A stretch of 64,000 nt of DNA, from positions 1 through 64,000 of IMG/VR virus record IMGVR_UViG_3300045988_164457; one strand, written 5' to 3'. Positions 10,133 through 18,535 of the stretch are shown one piece after another (the stretch's first letter is position 1; every line of letters begins with the position of its first letter). The translations under genes and the position numbers were made by a program. The stretch comes from a virus. The notes under the pieces are model-generated. The model saw only the letters and a program-made list of their open reading frames with translations, made no database searches and was not told the origin of the DNA.

Positions 10133-10684
10133 ATGGCTAAATATGGCGTAGTTGAAACAACTAAGATCACTGAGCCTTGTTTTGATTTCAAGGCAACTAC
10201 TGATATTGAAAATGGCTCTATTGTAAAGAAGGGCGACCTTGTAACAGGCGAAACACATATTTATACAGCCGGTGTACCTGCTGTAACAGATGAGGTTTAT
10301 CTTGTAGCTAACCCTGCTTGGAGTTATGATGATTGCTCTGTTATCAATCAGAACGAAGATGAATACATCAATGCAAAGGGTGTTCCTTTTAGGGGTTACG
10401 CTATGAAGAAGGACAACAAGTTTGCTGTTCTTGATTATTCTATTTCTGTTGATGTAGGTTCTACACTGGCTGTTGGCGACTATATCGGTGCTGATGGCAC
10501 AACCAATAAGCTTAAAGACCTTGGTACGTCTGAACCTACAATGAAGTCTCTTGGTTTTGTTGGTATTGTAAGAGAAATTAAGGAATATGGTTTTGCTTAT
10601 TGCACAGGCACAGCTGGTAATGTTGGTGCTACTGGCAAGAAGGTTGTAATTGAAGTTCTCAAGAACGCAACCGTTGAAGCATAA
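10133..10684 (+). CDS. Head accessory/decoration-like protein (hypothetical)
   Basis: 183 aa with a strong RBS, high-expression codon style, immediately upstream of the capsid gene. Confidence 0.3.
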   Translation: MAKYGVVETTKITEPCFDFKATTDIENGSIVKKGDLVTGETHIYTAGVPAVTDEVYLVANPAWSYDDCSVINQNEDEYINAKGVPFRGYAMKKDNKFAVLDYSISVDVGSTLAVGDYIGADGTTNKLKDLGTSEPTMKSLGFVGIVREIKEYGFAYCTGTAGNVGATGKKVVIEVLKNATVEA

Positions 10685-10704
10685 TCAGAAAGGAGATAAT
10701 AATT

Positions 10705-11724
10705 ATGGATAACAAACTTCAGACAATTTGCAACCTTATGAACGATGCTTGTTCTAATAGAGTTGCTGTATTTTCTAATGCTGATGCTGCCAAGTATGCT
10801 GATGAAGCAGTAAGAACCGCTTTCTTTGAAATTCTCGGTGAGGACAAGCTCACTTGGAGAGGTTGGAGAAACCACAAGAACGAAATTTTCACAATCATTG
10901 AAGATGTTCTTAACACTAATCTTCCTCTCGCTTGGGAAAATTCTACATTCTACACTCAGTTTGTAGAGACTAAGAACGCTGCTCTCGGCGATAAGAACTC
11001 TTTTATTGTAGAGGACAACTCTGTTCTTGTAGCTGCTTCTTTTGCAGGCAATCACTGGGACACTGACCGCCAGAAGCTTATGGGAAGAAAGGCTTTCTCT
11101 CTTGCTACTGAATGGATTTTTATCCGTGTATATGATGATTTTGAGAGATTCCTCAAGGGTATCATTACACTTCCTGAACTCGTAGCTAAGATGCAGAAGG
11201 CTATGCAGAATGAGATTGATAGTAGAATTTACTCTGCTTTCAATGGTGCTGGCACATATCTTCCTGCTTCTTTCCAGAAGACAGGTTCTTATACAAAGGC
11301 TCAGATGTCTGACCTTATTCAGAGAGTACAGGTTGCTACTCAGAAGAATGTAGTTCTTGCCGGTACAAAGACAGCTCTTGCAAATATTGTTTCAGGTGTT
11401 GATGCCAACTGGGTATCTGAAAGACAGAAGGAGGAACTTGCTACAACAGGTTCACTTGTTCAGCTTACAGGTCTTGGTGTTATGGCTGTTGAGATTCCTC
11501 AGACTTTTGTAAGAGGTACATACGATTTCAAGGTTGAGAACAACAAGATTTTTGTTCTTCCTGATAACGAGAAGTTCATTAAGGTATTCTACGAGGGTGA
11601 TACTCGTGCAAGAGAGCTTAATGAGCAGGATACTCACGACCAGACTATTGATACACAGGTACAGACCAAACTTGGTGTAGGTTGTGTATTCTCTAATGTA
11701 TTTGGTACATACACAATTTCCTAA
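10705..11724 (+). CDS. Major capsid protein (by position, size and codon bias)
   Basis: 339 aa with RBS AAAGGAGA. GC-richer, biased codons like the major tail gene. Followed by a hairpin terminator. Confidence 0.6.
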   Translation: MDNKLQTICNLMNDACSNRVAVFSNADAAKYADEAVRTAFFEILGEDKLTWRGWRNHKNEIFTIIEDVLNTNLPLAWENSTFYTQFVETKNAALGDKNSFIVEDNSVLVAASFAGNHWDTDRQKLMGRKAFSLATEWIFIRVYDDFERFLKGIITLPELVAKMQKAMQNEIDSRIYSAFNGAGTYLPASFQKTGSYTKAQMSDLIQRVQVATQKNVVLAGTKTALANIVSGVDANWVSERQKEELATTGSLVQLTGLGVMAVEIPQTFVRGTYDFKVENNKIFVLPDNEKFIKVFYEGDTRARELNEQDTHDQTIDTQVQTKLGVGCVFSNVFGTYTIS

Positions 11725-11745
11725 TTGATTTAGGATAAATATAAG

Positions 11746-11790
11746 TGAGGCAGATGGGTTTATCCTGTCTGCCTTGCTAATTTATTTTGA
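11746..11790 (+). terminator. Hairpin terminator after the capsid gene
   Basis: AGGCAGA 11748-54 / TCTGCCT 11768-74, then T-rich TTTATTTT. Confidence 0.45.
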
Positions 11791-11809
11791 AAGGTGATAA
11801 ATAGCTAAT

Positions 11810-12535
11810 ATGAATTTTGAAAAGATGTCTCTTGATGAACTTAAAAATATTGCAAAGGAAAAGGGCATTGTTGTTGGAAACATAGGTAAGGATAAGCTTA
11901 TCTCAAAACTTAAATCTGCTGAAGCAACAACAAGTGTGCTTGCAGAAGATGACGATTTAGTAGCAGATGTAGAAGTTGAAACAAATGAACCTGTAAAAGT
12001 AAAGTCACAGGACACTCTTTCTTCTATCATTGATGCTATTGATGAGGAAACAGACGAAGGTACTTATGAGAGAACAGCAGAGGAACTCCCCTCTGATACA
12101 GTAATTCGTGTACGTTCAATTACATATGGTACACTTATTTATAATTCTTCTATTAACAACGCTTCGTTTATCTGGAATGAGATTGGTGCGGTAAATGATA
12201 TGACTATCGGCGAGATTACAGCTATGAACAATTCTCATCCTGATTTTCTTCACAAGCCTTATGTAATTCTCCTTGATGAAAGAGCTATCAGACAGTTTAG
12301 GCTTTCATCTGTATATGAGAATGTAGCTAAGATTAGCAATCTTAAAACACTCTTTAACTCTGATATTTACACCATTGAAAAGACCATAGATGAAGCACTT
12401 ATGGTTAATATGCGTGATATGCTTATTTCTAAGATAACCACTATGTATAAGAATGGTTCTCTTAAAGACATAAATATTATCAGGCTTCTTGAACAGAAAC
12501 TCCAGTACGATATTCTTACGATAGACAAGAATTAA
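11810..12535 (+). CDS. Hypothetical structural protein with an N-terminal Rho-N/SAP-like motif
   Basis: 241 aa. N-terminus MSLDELKNIAKEKGIVVGNIGKDKLISKLK is a typical Rho_N/SAP helix-hairpin. Confidence 0.4.
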   Translation: MNFEKMSLDELKNIAKEKGIVVGNIGKDKLISKLKSAEATTSVLAEDDDLVADVEVETNEPVKVKSQDTLSSIIDAIDEETDEGTYERTAEELPSDTVIRVRSITYGTLIYNSSINNASFIWNEIGAVNDMTIGEITAMNNSHPDFLHKPYVILLDERAIRQFRLSSVYENVAKISNLKTLFNSDIYTIEKTIDEALMVNMRDMLISKITTMYKNGSLKDINIIRLLEQKLQYDILTIDKN

Positions 12536-12549
12536 TGAGGTGAGACGCT

Positions 12550-13104
12550 ATGGCTACACGATATAAAGAGTTATATAATTCTGTCTATTCCAAAATAAAA
12601 GATTATGATTTTATCAATATGACTGAGGAAGATGCTGACGATATTTTACACGATTATATTCGTCCTGCCATAGTTTCATTTGAATGTTGTAAGCAAGATT
12701 TATCTGATAGAAATGAAGAAAATTCTGAATTTAATATAGATTTAACTGATGTAAATTTTGAAATTCTGTCAAATTTTATCGTTATAAAATATCTTGAAGC
12801 AACGTATATAAACACACCTATGGCACTCAAAGCATATCTGAGTACAAGTGATTTTCACAAGTATGACAACAAAGACGTTCTTGGTAAGGTAGTTGAAGTT
12901 AGGGATAAATATTATGATGATAATAAACAGTTAATGATAAATTATTCTCTGCGTGGCGAGTCCGAATTTTCAAAACTTTACAAAGAAAAAGGTTCTTATA
13001 ATGTAAATAAGAAACAAAAGAATAATTCTGACTGTGTTTGCACTACGTTTATACCGTCTCATTGTGATTATCATTGTGCTGATTGTGGGGTGCGTAGAGG
13101 TTGA
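12550..13104 (+). CDS. Hypothetical head-tail connector region protein
   Basis: 184 aa ORF with RBS GAGGTGAG. Position only. Confidence 0.3.
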   Translation: MATRYKELYNSVYSKIKDYDFINMTEEDADDILHDYIRPAIVSFECCKQDLSDRNEENSEFNIDLTDVNFEILSNFIVIKYLEATYINTPMALKAYLSTSDFHKYDNKDVLGKVVEVRDKYYDDNKQLMINYSLRGESEFSKLYKEKGSYNVNKKQKNNSDCVCTTFIPSHCDYHCADCGVRRG

Positions 13105-14093
13105 GTTATGCGCATATGCAATCAAGAATGAAACTTGATGGTAGTTCAATACGTCAGTCAAAAATAAACAATGCCAAAAGGCTAATGGAAAACCAACTTG
13201 AAACTGACCCGTCTTATAACGAATATTTTGTTGTTTGGGAATATGGCGTTGATATTGATAATTTTGTTGAGCAACCGATAAAACTTTATAATCGAAAGTA
13301 TTCGTCTGCGAATGGATATACTGTTCAATTTGAAACACTTATTGATAGAACCATACCTATTGGGACAGTCTTATATGATACTGATGAACAAATCTATTAT
13401 CTTTGTACTGAGTCTTTTAATAAAGATAAAATTTTAAATAACGGTAAACTTACTCGTTGTAATAACTTTTTGAAATGGCAAGATGACAGTGGAAAAGTAT
13501 TTGAATACCCCGTATTTGATATCAACAGCACACAGTATAATTCTGGTGTACAAAGCGATAAGGTTATGACTTTGGGTAGTACACAGCATATGCTTACTAT
13601 TGTCGCCGATGAAAATACCATTGCTTTAGAACACGACAAACGGTTCTTTAGTGACAGAAATACTAAATTGCCCACAGTATTCAAACTTACTCAGAATGAT
13701 ACTACAGCGTTAAATTACGATAGGGGGTTGCTACATCTCACTATTACAGAAGACGAATATAACCCAGATACAGATTCAATCGAAAATTGGCTTTGTGATT
13801 ATATCAAACCTAAAATAAATCAACCTATTAAAATTACATATGCTGGCGATCCAATAATTCGAGTTGGCGGTTCTGCTAAAACATTTACGGCTAATACTAC
13901 TGAAACTGTCACTTGGGAACTTATAACTGTAGCTGAACAAAATAAATATATCACAATGACGGTAACTGATAATAAATGTAAAATTAAATGTTCTAATAAC
14001 GAGTTGCTTATAGGTTCAAGTATTAAGTTAAAGTGTACTGATACCAGTGGCAATATTGGTGAGTTGCTTATTGATATAGTGGGAGGTGTGTAA
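13101..14093 (+). CDS. Hypothetical connector/neck region protein
   Basis: 330 aa ORF overlapping the previous stop (translational coupling). Position only. Confidence 0.3.
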   Translation: MSYAHMQSRMKLDGSSIRQSKINNAKRLMENQLETDPSYNEYFVVWEYGVDIDNFVEQPIKLYNRKYSSANGYTVQFETLIDRTIPIGTVLYDTDEQIYYLCTESFNKDKILNNGKLTRCNNFLKWQDDSGKVFEYPVFDINSTQYNSGVQSDKVMTLGSTQHMLTIVADENTIALEHDKRFFSDRNTKLPTVFKLTQNDTTALNYDRGLLHLTITEDEYNPDTDSIENWLCDYIKPKINQPIKITYAGDPIIRVGGSAKTFTANTTETVTWELITVAEQNKYITMTVTDNKCKIKCSNNELLIGSSIKLKCTDTSGNIGELLIDIVGGV

Positions 14094-14095
14094 CA

Positions 14096-14584
14096 TTGGC
14101 AAATTCAGATTGCCTAAGACGTTGGAAAAATCGTATCCTCTCAGAACTTCAAAATGATGAATACTTTCTTGATGTTCTTGGTACTACCGAGGAGGAACAA
14201 GAAGATTTAGTCTATCATAGGCTGTTCCCCCATTATTACATACCTGATACTATTGATAAAGTTACTACATATGTTTGTGTTGAAATAGATATTCGTACCC
14301 ATACTTGGAGTAAGCTTTATTCTTACCCTACTATTACATTTACAATTCTTGCTCATCAAAATGATATGCAGTTAAATATAGCAGGAGTATCGGCTACCAG
14401 AATAGATTATCTTGCAGAATTACTTGATATTAAATATAACAATGCGAGAGGATTTGGACTTGGTAGATTAGAATTGGAAAGTAGTATAGCTGGAAATTTG
14501 AATACTAAATATCGTTATCGTCAATTAGTATTCAAGGGTAAAGATATGAACGATAATTTGTGTGAAGAACAAGATGATGGATAA
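14096..14584 (+). CDS. Hypothetical connector region protein
   Basis: 162 aa ORF with RBS GGGAGGTG upstream. Confidence 0.3.
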   Translation: MANSDCLRRWKNRILSELQNDEYFLDVLGTTEEEQEDLVYHRLFPHYYIPDTIDKVTTYVCVEIDIRTHTWSKLYSYPTITFTILAHQNDMQLNIAGVSATRIDYLAELLDIKYNNARGFGLGRLELESSIAGNLNTKYRYRQLVFKGKDMNDNLCEEQDDG

Positions 14585-15299
14585 TAATGATTTATTAAAA
14601 ATATATCGGGGTGGAGATTATTCTGTTACTGATTATATAAAAATAAGACAGCCTACTATTGGACAAATTGCAGATTATGGTGAAAAAGAATATTTTTCAA
14701 TGATATCGTCTTTCATTATGACTCCATTTGATGTAATAGCCCAACTTGATAAAATCGGCATTGATTTTACCACAATTACAAGCTATCAATTATTTTGTCT
14801 TACTGTAAATGGTCTTAATAAAGAGTCAACGAGTATTCTTTTTGGTGATGTTGATTTTTCCAAGTATAAAGTATCGGAAGATAACGGAAACATTGTTTTA
14901 AAATATGAAAATTCAATAATAAGTGAGCCTGTTTATAATCTTTTATCTAATCGAATTAGAAAAATGCACAATTTAGCTGACCCTAAATATCAAAGAGTAG
15001 GTAATGAACTAACCAAACAAAAAATGATTGAGTATGCTTATGATGATTTAAGGGCAGCTTCAAGAAAGAAATACAAATCTCAGTTATTGAGTTTGGTCTC
15101 TTCTTTGGTAAATCACCCTGATTTTAAGTATGGTTATTCTGAAATTTGGAATATGCCTATATTCGCTTTTTACGATAGTATTAAGCGAATAAATGTAATT
15201 GAAAATACAAGAAACTTGTATCAAGGCATCTATGCCGGAACTGTTGATGCAAGTAAAATAAATAAAAAAGAATTTGACTGGATGCGAAATCTAAGTTAA
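14562..15299 (+). CDS. Hypothetical protein (start uncertain, ATG 14574/14577 possible)
   Basis: 245 aa ORF overlapping the previous gene end. Confidence 0.3.
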   Translation: MKNKMMDNNDLLKIYRGGDYSVTDYIKIRQPTIGQIADYGEKEYFSMISSFIMTPFDVIAQLDKIGIDFTTITSYQLFCLTVNGLNKESTSILFGDVDFSKYKVSEDNGNIVLKYENSIISEPVYNLLSNRIRKMHNLADPKYQRVGNELTKQKMIEYAYDDLRAASRKKYKSQLLSLVSSLVNHPDFKYGYSEIWNMPIFAFYDSIKRINVIENTRNLYQGIYAGTVDASKINKKEFDWMRNLS

Positions 15300-15343
15300 A
15301 TTCTTTTTTTATATATTTTTAAAATTTGAAAGGAGCAAATAAA

Positions 15344-16174
15344 ATGGCTTTTGATGTTAATAACTTTGTCATTGATGAATGTAAGCGTGTTATAGGTAGA
15401 AATGCTTCTACAGGTGAGCTTTATTGGCTCGTATCTCAGATTGAAGACCCTTCTCTTCAGTGTGATTCTGAGGAAGTTGTCAAGAATGATGCAAAGGGTT
15501 CTCCTATTGCAAAGTGGTCTCAGGGTAAGACTGCTACCTTCTCTGCATCTAACTCTCTGATGGATTTCAACCTCATGTCTTATCAGTTTAATGGCGAGGG
15601 TAAGACTGTTGCATCTTCTGATAATGCGATCAATGTACCTGCTATTGAGGAAAAGAAGCTGGGCGCAAGTGACCTCACAACCTATGTATGTAAGTATAAT
15701 GTTGTAAATAGTGGTACTTCTTCTACTCCTGTTTATAAGATTACTGTTTGTACTCTTACCAGAGATGGAGCTGTTAAGAAGTCCTTTAAGCAGGGTCAGG
15801 CTGTAAGTGAGGGTGTATTTACATATACTTCTGCTTCCAAGACAATTACTTTCAAGGAAGGTGATCTTGCAGAGGGAGATAAGCTTTATGTTCAGTACGA
15901 ATATTCTTCTGAAAATGCAATCGCCGTTTATAACTCTGCTGATAAGTTCTCTTCTGCGCAGGAGATGCTTATTGAAGTAGTTGGTCACGATATTTGTGAT
16001 GTTTCTACCGCTTATGCTGGTTATGTGGTATTCCCCAATGCTACACTTTCTGCATCTACCACTGTTTCCTTTGGTAGAGAAGACAGTTTCCCCTTTGAGT
16101 TCTCCGCTTCTCAGGATTATTGTTCTGACAAGAAGGAGCTGTTCAGAATTATTGTTCCCCAGCCTGCAACCTAA
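15344..16174 (+). CDS. Major tail (tube) protein candidate
   Basis: ATG 15344 after AAAGGAG. About 276 aa with capsid-like codon bias. Last highly expressed gene before the chaperone/TMP region. Confidence 0.5.
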   Translation: MAFDVNNFVIDECKRVIGRNASTGELYWLVSQIEDPSLQCDSEEVVKNDAKGSPIAKWSQGKTATFSASNSLMDFNLMSYQFNGEGKTVASSDNAINVPAIEEKKLGASDLTTYVCKYNVVNSGTSSTPVYKITVCTLTRDGAVKKSFKQGQAVSEGVFTYTSASKTITFKEGDLAEGDKLYVQYEYSSENAIAVYNSADKFSSAQEMLIEVVGHDICDVSTAYAGYVVFPNATLSASTTVSFGREDSFPFEFSASQDYCSDKKELFRIIVPQPAT

Positions 16175-16190
16175 TTTGAGGTGATTTATA

Positions 16191-16505
16191 ATGCTACAGA
16201 ATTGTCAGATTTGTGGCAATGAATATAATTATTGCTTCAAGTGTAAGAAGTTAGACAGTTGGAGAGCTGTTGCTGACGTTCCTGATTGTTATAGTATTTA
16301 TGTTATACTTCGTGATTACAGAGAGGGCATTTTGACTATAAAAGAAGCTATTGATAAGTTTGCTAAAGTAGGTATTACTATCAATAGTGATTTTAGTAAG
16401 TTTCTCCCTGCAATTACAAGAGATATCAAAACAATTATATCTGAGGGAACAGTTATATCAACAGAGCATAATGATAAACCTAAGTTTGACAAGAAAAACA
16501 AGTAA
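16191..16505 (+). CDS. Small Cys-containing hypothetical protein
   Basis: 104 aa. N-terminal CQICGNEYNYCFKC zinc-ribbon-like motif. RBS GAGGTGA. Confidence 0.35.
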   Translation: MLQNCQICGNEYNYCFKCKKLDSWRAVADVPDCYSIYVILRDYREGILTIKEAIDKFAKVGITINSDFSKFLPAITRDIKTIISEGTVISTEHNDKPKFDKKNK

Positions 16506-16511
16506 ATAATT

Positions 16512-16570
16512 ATAGGGAGGATAACCATTTATCGACAACCGTTGAACGTGGTTGTCCTCCCTATTTTTTA
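16512..16570 (+). terminator. Strong rho-independent terminator
   Basis: TAGGGAGGATAACCA / TGGTTGTCCTCCCCTA stem followed by TTTTTT. Confidence 0.75.
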
Positions 16571-16593
16571 CGTTATATAGGAAGTGAACAGTA

Positions 16594-17067
16594 ATAAAGT
16601 TTATAGCAATAGACCAAGCAAGTGCCGTTAGTGGATTTGCTATTTTTGAGGATAATAAGCTTGTACAATATAACATTATAGAATTAAAGAAAATTAAAGA
16701 TACAAATGAAAGAATACACGAAATGATAAAACAGTTACATAATCAAATCGTTGAAAACAATATAGATTATGTTGTTTTTGAAGATGTAAGTCTCCAAACA
16801 AACGTATCTACTTTAATACTATTGGCTCAGATACAGGGTGCTATTATAAACACTTGTGTAATGAATAATATTTGTTATAGTGTGTACAAGCCTACATTTT
16901 GGAGAAGCAAGCTTTCTTTTAAGCAGTCCCGAAATGTGAAACGTGCTGAATTGAAACAGCAGGCAAAAGATTATGTTTTGAACAAGTATAATCTCAAACT
17001 TAAAGAAGATATTTGCGATGCTATTTGTATTGGCGAAGCTTTTATTAAAGAAAATTCAAATAGGTAA
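16594..17067 (+). CDS. RuvC-like Holliday junction resolvase (apparent ATA start)
   Basis: The frame is open from 16588. Translation (M)KFIAIDQASAVSGFAIFEDNK...VVFEDVSLQ...ICDAICIGEAF carries the RuvC-fold acidic motifs (IAIDQ, FEDV, DA.CI). The first in-frame ATG (16723) would delete the catalytic N-terminus. AGGAAG lies 9 nt before ATA 16594. Confidence 0.6.
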   Translation: MKFIAIDQASAVSGFAIFEDNKLVQYNIIELKKIKDTNERIHEMIKQLHNQIVENNIDYVVFEDVSLQTNVSTLILLAQIQGAIINTCVMNNICYSVYKPTFWRSKLSFKQSRNVKRAELKQQAKDYVLNKYNLKLKEDICDAICIGEAFIKENSNR

Positions 17068-17080
17068 TAAGGAGAAAATT

Positions 17081-17677
17081 ATGGCAGAAATGGTTACACT
17101 TACATTTGCAGAAATGCAGTCTTTTATCAATTATGTGGTTGATAATACTCTTATTTATGGTATGGGATACAAGCGTATATTTATTGATTATAGTGTAGCA
17201 AAGTTGTATGGTAAGGTAGATTTTGAATCAGATGATATTGCAGAGATTTATGATAATGAATATGAAAAGCTTTATAATGATTATGCTATAAATAAGGGTC
17301 AGTTTGTAATGATTGAAAATGCAATCAATGAGGAACTTGATCGCAGAATTAAGTTTCTTTCAGCAAGTATGATTATGTCAGATGCTAATGATGCTATCGC
17401 AAGTCTTGCTACAAAACTCTCTAACTTTGTAGATGCCCTTGGTAATGCTAATAAAAATATAAATATAGATTCTGACAAGGTAAATGCAATGGTTGATACT
17501 ATGGGTAAGATTAAGGATAATGTAACAGCTGATAATCTTATTAAGGCTATGGTGGATAATGGTGTTATTAAGGGTAAGGACAAGAAAAAGTCTACAAGAA
17601 AGCCTAAGACAGTCACAGAGGTAGCCGAGAAAGAAGCAACAGCAAAGAACATTACTGTAAGCAAGGGTGGTAAGTAA
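17081..17677 (+). CDS. Tail assembly chaperone-like protein (position only)
   Basis: ATG 17081 after AAGGAGA. 198 aa, acidic with a basic tail, upstream of the TMP. Confidence 0.35.
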   Translation: MAEMVTLTFAEMQSFINYVVDNTLIYGMGYKRIFIDYSVAKLYGKVDFESDDIAEIYDNEYEKLYNDYAINKGQFVMIENAINEELDRRIKFLSASMIMSDANDAIASLATKLSNFVDALGNANKNINIDSDKVNAMVDTMGKIKDNVTADNLIKAMVDNGVIKGKDKKKSTRKPKTVTEVAEKEATAKNITVSKGGK

Positions 17678-17678
17678 T

Positions 17679-17993
17679 ATGGAAATAAGAGAAAATACTG
17701 GTCTTGTAGAAAAGACTTTTACAGCAACTACTTATTTCTCAACCAGACATATTAAGAACTTTGTGGCGATGACCGCACACTTTAAATCAAATCCGTATTT
17801 TGTTGTGAATTTCAATGGTTCTGAAAGAGTAGTAAATGCTAAATCTATACTTGGACTTCTTAGTGTACAGATATATGAAGGCGATGTAGTTAAGGCCGTT
17901 GTTTATGTAGAAAATAAAGAAGATGAAATCATCGCTAATAAGGAAATGAACGAGATACTGGATTTCGTATCGGTGATGTCTAATGAATCTTAA
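17679..17993 (+). CDS. HPr-like (PTS phosphocarrier fold) protein
   Basis: EKTFTATTYFSTRHIKNFVAMTAHFKSNPYFVVNFNGSERVVNAKSILGLLSVQIYEGDVVKAVV aligns by eye with B. subtilis HPr [63 protein letters not shown]. His15 and Ser46 equivalents are present. Confidence 0.6.
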   Translation: MEIRENTGLVEKTFTATTYFSTRHIKNFVAMTAHFKSNPYFVVNFNGSERVVNAKSILGLLSVQIYEGDVVKAVVYVENKEDEIIANKEMNEILDFVSVMSNES

Positions 17994-18504
17994 AAATCAA
18001 TTAAAAGGTATTGACGTGACAAAGCTGAAATTTAAAAATGGTAAGACCTATGGTCAGGTTATGGTTGAAGAAACCAATCGGCTGAGAGACTGTATTCAAG
18101 CAAGGCTTGATGATTATTTAAGAGCATACCCATATAGGTATAGCAATACAAATCCAACATACAAACGTACAGGGGCATTACAGAACTCATTAAAAGTCGA
18201 TGACATTTTAAAACTTAAAGTAACCGGTAAAACCATAAGTCTTGATATTTATTTCGATGACAGTGGATATCATCAGTCTGGTGATGGTATCCAAGGTTGG
18301 GACGGCAATGGTGAAACCGTAAACACAGCTTATCTGCTTAACTATGGTTATGAGGTAAAAGAGGACGTATGGTTTAAAGATATCCCCTATTTTGGCTATC
18401 GTCCAGCTGGGCATTTTATAGAAGATGGTATAGCAGATTTTGAAGCAAGTAATCCTTATGGGATAAAAATAAAAGTACACAAGCCTAATGGATATAAAAT
18501 ATAA
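17983..18504 (+). CDS. Hypothetical tail/neck protein (HK97 gp10-like?)
   Basis: 173 aa. The ...YKRTGALQNSLKV motif is reminiscent of the gp10-family TG.L..S. Weak. Confidence 0.3.
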   Translation: MNLKNQLKGIDVTKLKFKNGKTYGQVMVEETNRLRDCIQARLDDYLRAYPYRYSNTNPTYKRTGALQNSLKVDDILKLKVTGKTISLDIYFDDSGYHQSGDGIQGWDGNGETVNTAYLLNYGYEVKEDVWFKDIPYFGYRPAGHFIEDGIADFEASNPYGIKIKVHKPNGYKI

Positions 18505-18535
18505 AACAAAAATATAGTATAAAGGATGTGATTTA

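Noticed and set aside
15296-15988. 230-aa minus-strand ORF overlapping the major tail gene. Similar long antisense ORFs occur at 9386-9838, 10597-11055, 12970-13338, 43002-43661, 43776-44579 and 40091-40974.
   Set aside because: They lie entirely inside well-supported plus-strand genes, lack RBSs, and have low-complexity, Cys/Arg/Ile-rich or Ser/Thr/Ala/Val-rich compositions typical of shadow ORFs.
17081-17993. A programmed -1 frameshift between the chaperone-like gene and the next ORF (gpG/gpGT paradigm).
   Set aside because: The downstream ORF has its own ATG directly after the stop and is HPr-like rather than a chaperone extension. I found no slippery heptamer near the 3' end of 17081-17677.
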